From an uncultured delta proteobacterium (GTDB lineage: Bacteria > Myxococcota_A > Polyangia > Haliangiales > Haliangiaceae), in assembly GCA_963848295.1 (NCBI GenBank), contig CAWKDB010000002.1, forward strand, positions 1,408,001 through 1,472,000: a stretch of DNA of 64,000 bases, given 5' to 3'. The translations under genes were made by a program, and so were the position numbers. Positions 50,923 to 59,744 of this stretch are shown piece by piece (within the stretch, counting starts at the first letter, position 1; every line of letters starts with the position of its first letter). Under the pieces are notes generated by a model that did no database searches, was not told the DNA's origin, and saw only the letters and a program-made list of their open reading frames with translations.

Positions 50923-51955
50923 CGCGGGCGACGGCGGAGATGGCGACCCCGAAGATGCGATCGACTTTGGCGAGACCTCGCATCTTGCCGCTGATGGCTC
51001 GCCGCGAATCGTCGAGCGCCGAATGATCGTGCCCCCCGAGCTCGCCGGGTTGCGGCTCGATCACTTCATCAAGACGCAGATCTCGCGGCTGTCGCGCACG
51101 AAGATCCAGACGATCATCGACACGCAGCTCACGCGCATCGGCAACGACGGCCGGTTGAAGCCGGCGACCATCGTGATCGCGGGCGAGACCTTCGTGATCC
51201 GCCGCCCGGCGCGCGCCGAGCCCGCGTGTCCGCGCACGTTCGACGTGCTGCACGAGGATGCGCGGGTGCGCGTGATCGACAAGCCCGCAGGCCTGCCGGT
51301 GCACGCGTCGGCGAAGTTCTACTTCAACACGCTGACTCGCGTGCTGTGGGAGCGCTATCCCGACGAGCCCGAGCTCCAGATCTGTCATCGCCTGGACCGC
51401 GAGACGTCGGGCTGTCTCGTGGTCGCGCGCGACCGCGCGGCCGCCGCGGTGATCAAGACCGCGATCGCAGACAAGCGCAAGACGACGAAGCAGTACCTCG
51501 CGATCGTCCACGGCCAACCACCGTGGGACCGCGAGATCGTGCTCGACGCGGCGCTGCGGTTGTCGCAGAAGACCGACGCGACTCGCGTCCCGGGCGTGCG
51601 AGTGCTCGTCGACGAAGCCGGCGGGCTCGAGGCCGCGACCCGCGTCGTGGTCGTCCGGCGCACCAGCGAGTACGCGCTCGTGCGGTGCACGCTCGTGACC
51701 GGCCGCCAGCACCAGATCCGCGTCCACCTCGCCCACGCCGGGTTCCCGATCGTCGGCGACAAGCTCTACGCGCACGGCGACGACGCGTTCGTCGCGTTCT
51801 GCGATGGCGGGATGACGCCGGAGCTCGCCGCGCGGTTCGTGTTGCCGCGCCATGCGCTCCACGCCTCGTCGATCGAGCTGCCGCATCCCGACGGCGGGCG
51901 CCTGCACGCCGAAGCGCCGCTGCCCGCCGAGCTGCGCGCGTTGGTGCCGGAGTGA
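50915..51955 (+). CDS. RluA/RluD-family pseudouridine synthase
   Basis: RLD.F S4-like region, DKPAGLPVH, HRLDRETSG, TGRQHQIRVH..H.G.PIVGDKLY, ALHA. Confidence 0.95.
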   Translation: MSDAGDGGDGDPEDAIDFGETSHLAADGSPRIVERRMIVPPELAGLRLDHFIKTQISRLSRTKIQTIIDTQLTRIGNDGRLKPATIVIAGETFVIRRPARAEPACPRTFDVLHEDARVRVIDKPAGLPVHASAKFYFNTLTRVLWERYPDEPELQICHRLDRETSGCLVVARDRAAAAVIKTAIADKRKTTKQYLAIVHGQPPWDREIVLDAALRLSQKTDATRVPGVRVLVDEAGGLEAATRVVVVRRTSEYALVRCTLVTGRQHQIRVHLAHAGFPIVGDKLYAHGDDAFVAFCDGGMTPELAARFVLPRHALHASSIELPHPDGGRLHAEAPLPAELRALVPE

Positions 51956-51964
51956 AGCCCGCCT

Positions 51965-52861
51965 CTACGACCGCGCACGGCGCAGCGCGATCACCGCCGC
52001 GGCGACCGAGATGATGCCGGCGGGCGCCCAGAACATCACGTAGTACGCCGCGCTCAGCCGAGCCTCGGGAGCCACGTCGGCGAGCGTCATCGCCGATTGC
52101 GCGAGCAAGCCGAGACCGGCGGCGCCGAGCAGCAACAGGCCCGCGCCGCGCCGAGCGACGACGAGCGCGCTGCCGAGCATGAGAAACGGTGCGAGCACGA
52201 GCGCCGACATCTCGGTCTGGGGCACGAGGTGTGCGCCGAGCGCATAGAGCAGCAGCATCGCGCCTGCCGCCGCGCTCGTGATCGCGGCCCAGCGCGCCGA
52301 CCGCACGAGGCGATCGTTCGCCGCCCAGACGCGTTTGCCATCGAAGTGGTCGCGCACCGCACCGTGCGATAGCTGGATGAACACGGTCGCGCAGCCGATC
52401 ACGCCGATCGCCGCGAGCCACGACGTCTCGTCGCGCCAGGTCCGCATCCCGATCGAGTTGAGCGCGCCGCCGAGCGCACCGGCGACGCCGAAGGCCAGCG
52501 CGATCCAGCGCGCCCACAGTTGGCGAAACAGCAGGCCGATCGCCGTCGTCAGCGCCGCCACCGCGAGGAACGCCGCGTAGCCGCGGCTCGGCATCGCGTC
52601 CCACACGAACGGCCAATGCTCGGCGGCGCGTAGTCCCGCGAACGCCGCATTGCCGGCGAGCATCGCGGCCACGATCGCGACCCTCAGCCCGATCCGCGGC
52701 GCGTTACCGACGAACGTCGCCGCGGCCGTGCCGCCGAGTGCGAGCCCGGTCGCGATCATCATCGCCGGCGTGATGTCGCCCCAGTGGCCGGTCCAGGTAT
52801 AGAACAGCCAAGCGATCGCGCCGGCTCCGACGATCGCCTGGGGGATGACGGGTCGGGACAT
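51965..52861 (-). CDS. Hypothetical polytopic membrane protein
   Basis: About nine hydrophobic segments; GC-rich third positions. Confidence 0.75.
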   Translation of the reverse strand: MSRPVIPQAIVGAGAIAWLFYTWTGHWGDITPAMMIATGLALGGTAAATFVGNAPRIGLRVAIVAAMLAGNAAFAGLRAAEHWPFVWDAMPSRGYAAFLAVAALTTAIGLLFRQLWARWIALAFGVAGALGGALNSIGMRTWRDETSWLAAIGVIGCATVFIQLSHGAVRDHFDGKRVWAANDRLVRSARWAAITSAAAGAMLLLYALGAHLVPQTEMSALVLAPFLMLGSALVVARRGAGLLLLGAAGLGLLAQSAMTLADVAPEARLSAAYYVMFWAPAGIISVAAAVIALRRARS

Positions 52862-53039
52862 GACCAATCCTAACGCGCGGCGGAGCGAGAAGACCTGACG
52901 ACTCGCGGGCGGCCGTATCGGAGGTGCCGTATCAAGGCATCGCTGACAGGAAGGTGTCGGGACATAGCTGACACCTATGAAGGGCGATGCCCTGGAATGC
53001 GCGGCGAGTTATGGGTTTGAAGCCCGAGCTCATCACCGA

Positions 53040-53485
53040 TGCGTCGGCGTCGGCGTCGGCTGCGGCGACGGCCGCGGCAACGGCAACGGCTTCGGCATCG
53101 GCGACGGCTACGGCATCGGCGACGGCTCCGGCATCGGCGACGGCGACGGCTCCGGCATCGGCGACGGCGACGGCGACGGCTGCGGCTCCGGTCACGGCGA
53201 CGGCCCCGGCAACGGCTGCGGCGTCGGCGACGGCTCCGGCTGCGGCGACGGCGACGGCATCGGCGACAGCTCCGGCATCGGCGACGGCATCGGCGACGGC
53301 ATCGGCGACGGCTCCGGGGCATCGGCATCGGCGACGGCTCCGGTCACGTCGACAGGGGGGCAACGGGTACGGCTCCGGCATCGGCGACGGCTCCGGCATC
53401 GGGGGCGACGGCTCCGGCATCGGGGGCGACGGCTCCGGCATCGGCGACGGCTCCGGCATCGGCGACGGCGACGGGCGACGGCTCC
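53040..53485. repeat. Degenerate hexamer array (CGGCNN)n, left
   Basis: Units cggcga/cggcat/cggctc/cggcaa over ~445 bp, with a higher-order 18-mer ggctccggcatcggcgac. Confidence 0.95.
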
Positions 53486-53510
53486 GCCGGCTTCGCGACC
53501 GGCGCGTTTG

Positions 53511-53535
53511 AATCCGGCATAGGGTGCCGGAATCA
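53511..53535 (-). terminator. Hairpin just downstream of four-helix-bundle gene 1
   Basis: TCCGGCA-TAGGG-TGCCGGA stem-loop about 15 nt after the stop. Confidence 0.45.
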
Positions 53536-53549
53536 TCTCCGGCGCGCGC

Positions 53550-53870
53550 TCACCGCGTGAGCCGGAACAGCATCGCGCGCACGCGATCGAGCGGCGCCTC
53601 GATCGCGGCGAAGTCCTCGGCGGTGATGTAGCCGCGCGCCTTGGCGATCATGAGCGCCGTCGACAGCTCGCGCGCGCTGCCGAAGGCGCGGCGGAACATG
53701 TCGGGCCGGTCGAGGCCGGCGCGTGCGCTCGCCTCGGCGATGTTGAGCGCGATGCTCTCGGCGGCGCGGCCGATCTCGTCGGCGAGCGACCTGCGCCGCG
53801 ATCGGAGCTTCGGCTCGACCGGGGCGAGCTGTTCGAGGACGGTGAGCGATTGAGCGAGGACGTCGAGCAT
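53550..53870 (-). CDS. Four-helix-bundle protein (23S rRNA IVP/bAvd-like), copy 1
   Basis: SLADEIGRAAESIALNIAEA...FRRAFGSARELSTAL; GAAAGG RBS before the ATG at 53870. Confidence 0.92.
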   Translation of the reverse strand: MLDVLAQSLTVLEQLAPVEPKLRSRRRSLADEIGRAAESIALNIAEASARAGLDRPDMFRRAFGSARELSTALMIAKARGYITAEDFAAIEAPLDRVRAMLFRLTR

Positions 53871-53891
53871 GGTGTTGCCTTTCGTGGATGA

Positions 53892-54093
53892 GCGGACGCC
53901 CGATTCGCCGGGGCCGTCTCGCCCGTCGCGCCGCACTCGCGCCGGCGCCGTGACGAGCGCGAGCACAAATCTCCGCACGCGTCGGTCGATCCAACTCGGC
54001 GGCGGTCGTTCGCACGCGTCGGTGGCCTCGGCGCTCGGCGCGGCGCTGGCGCGAAGCGGCGCAGGGCGACGGCCCCGGCGATCGGTGCGCCGC
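53892..54093 (-). ncRNA. Putative structured leader (RNA or ssDNA long hairpin), copy 1
   Basis: ~200-nt imperfect fold-back, homologous to 54454-54650 with compensatory stem changes. Transcription is not shown by the sequence. Confidence 0.6.
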
Positions 54094-54106
54094 GAGCGCG
54101 AAAGGT

Positions 54107-54424
<318 letters not shown>

Positions 54425-54453
54425 TTTAGAACCCTCGATGCTCCTTCGCTCGC

Positions 54454-54650
54454 GCCGATGGGCGGAACGTCTCTCTCGCCCTGCGCCGCTTCGCGCTTGT
54501 CCCGCGCCGAGCGCCGAATGCGCCGGCGTCTGCGATCGACCGCCGCGGAGTTGATCGGCCGGCGATTGCGGTGGTCAGCGCCCGCGCTCGTCACGGGACC
54601 CGCGCGAGTGCGGCGCGACGGGCGAGAGAGAGACGTTCCTACCCATCGGC
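54454..54650 (+). ncRNA. Putative structured leader (RNA or ssDNA long hairpin), copy 2
   Basis: GCCGATGGGCGGAACGTCTCTCTCGCCC pairs with GGGCGAGAGAGAGACGTTCCTACCCATCGGC, and pairing continues inward. Confidence 0.6.
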
Positions 54651-54671
54651 CACTCACTTCGGAGGATCATC

Positions 54672-54995
54672 ATGTCGTTCTACGCCCTCGACTTCGCCCT
54701 CGCCGTCCTGCAGCAGCTCGCCCCGATCGAGGCCAAGGTCCGCCGCACGCGCAAGTCACTCGCCGACGAGATCGTCCGCGCCGGCGAGAGCGTCGCGCTC
54801 AACCTCAGCGAGGGCCGCATGCGCATTGGCCTCGATCGCCCCGACTTCTATCGCCGCGCCGCCGGCAGCGCGAGCGAGCTCACGACCGCCCTGCTGATCG
54901 CGCAGGCGCGCGGCATCATCACCGCCGAAGACTTCGCTGCGATCGACGAGCCGCTCGATCACGTCCGCGCGATCCTGTGGCGGCTCACGCACTGA
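54672..54995 (+). CDS. Four-helix-bundle protein (23S rRNA IVP/bAvd-like), copy 2
   Basis: SLADEIVRAGESVALNLSEG...YRRAAGSASELTTAL; GGAGG RBS; ~64% identical to copy 1 by hand alignment. Confidence 0.92.
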   Translation: MSFYALDFALAVLQQLAPIEAKVRRTRKSLADEIVRAGESVALNLSEGRMRIGLDRPDFYRRAAGSASELTTALLIAQARGIITAEDFAAIDEPLDHVRAILWRLTH

Positions 54996-55145
54996 GCAAG
55001 CAGTCTTGCGCCGGCCTCCGCGCCGGCCAAACCGATTTTCGGCACCGCCCAAGCGCGCGAGGTGTAAGCGGGGTGTCAAGAGAACGTCGCCTCGTAACCT
55101 CAAGGATCCCGACAAATGTGTCCGCGATCTCTTGAGCACTTCCTC

Positions 55146-55388
55146 ACGGCAACAGCGACGGCAATGGCGACGGCAACGGCAACGGCGACGGCGACAGCGA
55201 CGGCAACGGCGACAGCGACGGCAACGGCGACGGCGACAGCGACGGCAACGGCGACAGCGACGGCAACGGCAACGGCGACGGCGACGGCAACGGCCACCGA
55301 GACGGCGACGGTTACGGCTCCGGTCACGGCGACGGCAACGGTTACGGCTCCGGTCACGGCGACGGTCGCGGCTCCGGTCACGGCATCG
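55146..55388. repeat. Degenerate hexamer array (CGGCRA)n, right
   Basis: Units cggcaa/cggcga/cagcga; shares ggctccggtcacggcgac with the left array. Confidence 0.95.
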
Positions 55389-55433
55389 CCTGCGGAGACG
55401 GAAACAGGACAGCGTCGGAACCGGCGGGCCGGA

Positions 55434-56294
55434 TCACAACAAGCTGAGCTGGCGTTCGCCGCCCGGCCAGGCGGGCAGCTCGCCGACCGCCGCGGTGTGC
55501 GCGCGCACCATCGCGTGGAATGCGTAGGCATTCTCGGGTGCGAACGTGTCGTCGGGCGCGTGCATGAAAAAGTACGGACGCTTGCCGGCCGCGATCCAGC
55601 GCGCGATCTGCGCGGCCCACGGCGCGACGAACGTCACGCTCTCGGCGAACACTTCGTGCGGCACGCAACGCACGATCGGCTGCTGCGCGGTCGATCCGAC
55701 GATCACCGGCAGCTCCGGCTTCTTCGCGCGGACCTCAGCGAGCGCGAGGCTATGGCCGGCATGCAAGCCGCGGGCGTCCATCGTGACGAGATCGATGCCG
55801 CGCTGCTCGAGTACGGCGAGCGCGGCGCGCCGTGCCTGCGCATCTGCGAAGAACGCTTCGTGCCGGAGCTCGACCGCGTACTGGAAGCCGCGCGGCAACG
55901 CGTCGAGGAACGTCGCGAGTCGCGGCACGAGCGGGGGATCGAACCGCGGCGGCAGCTGGAGAAACAACGTGCCGATCAGCCGGCCGAGCGGCGCGATGCG
56001 CTCGATGAACCGGCCGGCGTCACCCGACGCGTCGACGAGCAGCTTGTCGTGGCTGACTTCGCGCGGGAACTTGAAGCAGAATCGAAAGTCGGCCGGGACT
56101 TGGTCGCGCCAGCGCCGCACGGTCTCGACCGACGGCAGCGCGTAGAACGTCGTGTTGCCCTCGACCGTGTTGAACACCCGCGCGTAGTGCTCGAGGAATT
56201 CGCTCGGTCGCGTCGCGGTCGGGAACAGGCGGCCGACCCAGTTCTTGTCGGCCCAGCCCGGGCAGCCGAGGTAGTAGCCGCGCGGCCCGGTCAC
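55434..56294 (-). CDS. DUF72 (YecE-like) protein
   Basis: LGCPGW...W, L..YAR.FNTVEGNTTFYALP, FRFCFKFPR..SH, FLQLPP.F, YFFMH.PD. Confidence 0.93.
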   Translation of the reverse strand: MTGPRGYYLGCPGWADKNWVGRLFPTATRPSEFLEHYARVFNTVEGNTTFYALPSVETVRRWRDQVPADFRFCFKFPREVSHDKLLVDASGDAGRFIERIAPLGRLIGTLFLQLPPRFDPPLVPRLATFLDALPRGFQYAVELRHEAFFADAQARRAALAVLEQRGIDLVTMDARGLHAGHSLALAEVRAKKPELPVIVGSTAQQPIVRCVPHEVFAESVTFVAPWAAQIARWIAAGKRPYFFMHAPDDTFAPENAYAFHAMVRAHTAAVGELPAWPGGERQLSLL

Positions 56295-57919
56295 TGCCAG
56301 TGCCACGGCTCGTAGGCCGCGACGAGCCACGGCTGAGCGTCGATGGTCGCGACGATGTAGAGCGGATCACCTGCGAGCTCGCCGACCCGAAGCTTCGCGC
56401 CGTCGCGCGGCGCATCGAGCGGGATCGCGACCGGAGCGTCGTCACGGTAGTACGTCAAGGTGACGGCGCTCGGATCGAGCCCGACCGGAGCGAGGGTCAG
56501 CGTGCCGTGATCGAGCTTGCCCAGTAGCGTGCGAAACGTGCCGTCGTCGCGGATCTCGCCGAGCGCCGCGATCACGTGCATCTCGAAGTGAGCCGGCGCG
56601 GGATAGGCCGGCGACTCGAAGATCGCGAGCTCGGAGCGCACTCCGTGAATGCCGAGCTGGGGATAGCGCCGCTGAGCTTGCGCGAGCAACGCGGTGAGCC
56701 GCTTCTTCAGATCCACCGGGTCGCGCACCGCGAACATCCCGCGATTCGCGTGATCGAACCAGCGTTGCACGCCGGCCTCGATCGGTCGATCGGCGGTGAC
56801 CTCGAAGTGATCGGCGGCGACCGCGTACGGCAGGTGCTCGTCGTAAGGCGCGCGCGCGCGCACGGTCGCGAACATCGGGAACCCCGAAAATGGATACGTG
56901 TTGAGCTTCTGATCGAGCGCCGGCACGAACGCGACGAACGCGTCGTAGACCACGAACGCGATCACGAAGATCCGCACGCTGCGCGGTGGCTTCCAGTCAG
57001 CCGGGACCTGCGCGGGCGCGACGAGCGCCGGGCGCAGCCAGCCGATCAGCCGATCCCAATCGACGAACACCGCGTACAGCGGCAACCAGTGCAGGTTCCA
57101 TAGATCCACGACGAGCCCGAGCGCGATCGTCTCGATCACGAAGAACCCGCCACACAACGCGCGCAGCCGCGGCCGGCGCACGAGAAAGCACGCGACGAGC
57201 GGCAGCGACTGCGACACGAGGTTCAAGCACGCGACCGTGCGGTAGCGCCAAGGGTCGTCGATGATCCAATTCGCGAGCGCGGGTCGCGGCAGGTCGGCGA
57301 GATCGAACGCGACGAGCAGGTGATTGCGCAGCGAATCCGACAACGCCCAGCGCAGCGTGAAGTGGCCGTGGCCGAGCTTGTGGAACGCCGCGCCGGCGAA
57401 CATCAGCGCGACCGCGAGCTGGACGAGTCGCAGCGACCACTGATAGCCGCGAGCGACGTCGATCGCCGGAAGCCCCCGCACGCGGCGGATCACCGCGTCG
57501 AGCGAGAGCACGTCGCCGCCGCGCGCTCCGAGAAACGCGAACTGAGCGATGAACACGACGTTGTATTGATGCGACCACGTCTTCGTCGATGCGTACGACA
57601 GCGCCGCGAGCGCGACCGCCGATGCAAAGCTGACCGCGGTCGAGGTCCGCGAGCGCAAGCCGAACAACATGCAGGCGGTCGACGCCCACGCGATGACGCG
57701 GAGCACCGCGACGACCAGCTCGCCGGGGGCCCAGTGACCGAACAGCATCCAGATCCCGACCGGCCGATACAGCGTGTGTGCACCGGGCACGTCGCCGGTC
57801 GACATCGGCCGCCCGAGGCGGGCGAGCGATAACAGCACCGCGACCGCGAGCGCGACGCGCACGATCGCCGCGGCATAGCGCCCTCCGTCGGCAAACCAGT
57901 ACCGCTGCCAGCGCGTCAC
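56291..57919 (-). CDS. HTTM-like (horizontally transferred transmembrane domain) membrane protein
   Basis: W..YWF, TM-rich N-terminus, LS.DA, AA.HKL, YPFS.FPMFA. Confidence 0.65.
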   Translation of the reverse strand: MTRWQRYWFADGGRYAAAIVRVALAVAVLLSLARLGRPMSTGDVPGAHTLYRPVGIWMLFGHWAPGELVVAVLRVIAWASTACMLFGLRSRTSTAVSFASAVALAALSYASTKTWSHQYNVVFIAQFAFLGARGGDVLSLDAVIRRVRGLPAIDVARGYQWSLRLVQLAVALMFAGAAFHKLGHGHFTLRWALSDSLRNHLLVAFDLADLPRPALANWIIDDPWRYRTVACLNLVSQSLPLVACFLVRRPRLRALCGGFFVIETIALGLVVDLWNLHWLPLYAVFVDWDRLIGWLRPALVAPAQVPADWKPPRSVRIFVIAFVVYDAFVAFVPALDQKLNTYPFSGFPMFATVRARAPYDEHLPYAVAADHFEVTADRPIEAGVQRWFDHANRGMFAVRDPVDLKKRLTALLAQAQRRYPQLGIHGVRSELAIFESPAYPAPAHFEMHVIAALGEIRDDGTFRTLLGKLDHGTLTLAPVGLDPSAVTLTYYRDDAPVAIPLDAPRDGAKLRVGELAGDPLYIVATIDAQPWLVAAYEPWHWQ

Positions 57920-58022
57920 CCGGGGCACGTTACCTCGGGTGGGTGGTGTCGCACACGTGGCTGAATGCCCCCGTGACGCGAGATCATGGAGTCTGGCGCC
58001 GCAGCCGGCTACGATCGCGGTG

Positions 58023-59345
58023 ATGACGGTACGGCTACGGGTTTGTCTGGCGATCGCTCTCGCCGGCTGCGGCGGCAACAGCAGCAACGCCACAGACGCG
58101 CCCGGCGGCGATGGCGCAGGCGGTGATTCGCCCGGCGTACCGACGAACGTCGCCGTGACCGTCACGAACCACCCGACCGATGCAGCGATGTTCAGCTACG
58201 TCGCGGCCTATGCCGACGGCGACGGGGCATGGCAGCTCGCACCGACGCCGAACGGCGACATCTATACCTTACCGATCACGTCGTCGACCTATCGGTTCGC
58301 ATACACCTGCGACGCGCCGCTCGCCGCCGGCGGCACCGATGCGCGGGTCGTCAGCCTCGCCCACTTCGCGACGGCCGCGCGCCCGAACCTGAGCTTCGCG
58401 CTGCCCAATCGCTGCACCGATCGCCTGGCCGCGACCGTCCAGCTCAGCGGCACGATCTCGAACCTACCCGGAGACGGCTCGCTCGAGGTGCTGTGGGGCG
58501 ATCGCAACCTCGTGGTGGGAGCGAACGGCAAGTACAGCGCGATGGTCCAACCCGCGACGCGCGACCTGTTCGTTGCCCACATCGTCGCGACGACCGGAAC
58601 GACGACCGATCCGACGATCGACTACATCGCGAGCGCGCGCGGCGTCACGGTGAGCGATGCGACGGTGCAGAACATCGACTTCTCGACCGCTCAGCCGCTC
58701 GCGACGTTCGCGGTCACCGCAAACGGCAACGTCGGCAAAGTGTCGACCGAGACCGATCTCGCCACCGCGAACGGCACGAACGCCGCGCTCGTGGTCGCCG
58801 GCATGGCGCCGCTGGCGACGGGCTCGCTGCCCGCCGTCGAGATGCAATCGGACGACGTCTACAACCAGATCATCACCGAGACCAGCAGCGGCCAGGCCAT
58901 GACGACCTCGAACGCGACCGCGCTGCCCGGCGCGATCACGTACTCGGCACCGGCGCCACTCGGCGGGGCGCTCGCCTCGGTCACCGGCACGACGCCCTAC
59001 CCGATCATCACGACGTCGTGGAATGCGTACGCGAACGCGATCGGCTACACGTGGACCGCGGCGCAAGCGCTGACCGGCAGCGCGTGCGCCGCCGGCGAGC
59101 TCGCCTGCACGATCACGTGGACGTCATGGGATGGCGTGACCACCGGCGCAGGCGTGTACGAGATGCCGGACCTGTCCGCGCTCCCGGGCTGGTCGCCGGC
59201 GTTCGAGCTCGTCGCGGGCGCACTGGTCGCCGGGTCCGTTCAGGCCTCGACCTCGAGCGCGGGTGCGACAGATTATCCCGCCGGCAACCCGGCGGCCGGT
59301 ACTCAGCGCACGTTCGCGCGCTCGGCGTGGTCCGTCACGCCGTAG
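58023..59345 (+). CDS. Hypothetical lipoprotein
   Basis: LAG-C lipobox; beta-rich T/A/G sequence; YEMPDLSALPGW. Confidence 0.8.
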   Translation: MTVRLRVCLAIALAGCGGNSSNATDAPGGDGAGGDSPGVPTNVAVTVTNHPTDAAMFSYVAAYADGDGAWQLAPTPNGDIYTLPITSSTYRFAYTCDAPLAAGGTDARVVSLAHFATAARPNLSFALPNRCTDRLAATVQLSGTISNLPGDGSLEVLWGDRNLVVGANGKYSAMVQPATRDLFVAHIVATTGTTTDPTIDYIASARGVTVSDATVQNIDFSTAQPLATFAVTANGNVGKVSTETDLATANGTNAALVVAGMAPLATGSLPAVEMQSDDVYNQIITETSSGQAMTTSNATALPGAITYSAPAPLGGALASVTGTTPYPIITTSWNAYANAIGYTWTAAQALTGSACAAGELACTITWTSWDGVTTGAGVYEMPDLSALPGWSPAFELVAGALVAGSVQASTSSAGATDYPAGNPAAGTQRTFARSAWSVTP

Positions 59346-59367
59346 CGCTACGTGGTAGACCACCACC

Positions 59368-59739
59368 GTGGCCAAGGATCGCGCGGCGCCGTTCTCGCGC
59401 AAGCACCGGCGGTATTGGATCACGGTGACCGGCGGCATGCTGTTGATCGGGCTCGTCAACGTCACGATCGGGCTGTGCTCGTACACCCCGGCCCCTGACA
59501 AGCACGTGCGGATGCAGGTCGGCACCCGGCCGGTTCGCCCGCCGATCGATGCCGCGGGCTCGATCGGAGTCGGCGAGCTGCCTTCCGCGGTGATGCGCTC
59601 GTTCGCCGCGAAGTATCCGCAGACGATCCCGGCGATGGTCGAGCAAGACGGCGATCAGTACGTCATCACGTTCCCGCCGGGCAAGGCTCACACGCGCGCC
59701 ACGTTCACCGGCGACGGCACGTTCGTCTCGGACGAATAG
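59368..59739 (+). CDS. Membrane-anchored protein with a PepSY-like C-terminus
   Basis: One TM segment; ELPSAV..SF..KYP...Y.I.F...F..DG. Confidence 0.65.
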   Translation: MAKDRAAPFSRKHRRYWITVTGGMLLIGLVNVTIGLCSYTPAPDKHVRMQVGTRPVRPPIDAAGSIGVGELPSAVMRSFAAKYPQTIPAMVEQDGDQYVITFPPGKAHTRATFTGDGTFVSDE

Positions 59740-59744
59740 CGCTC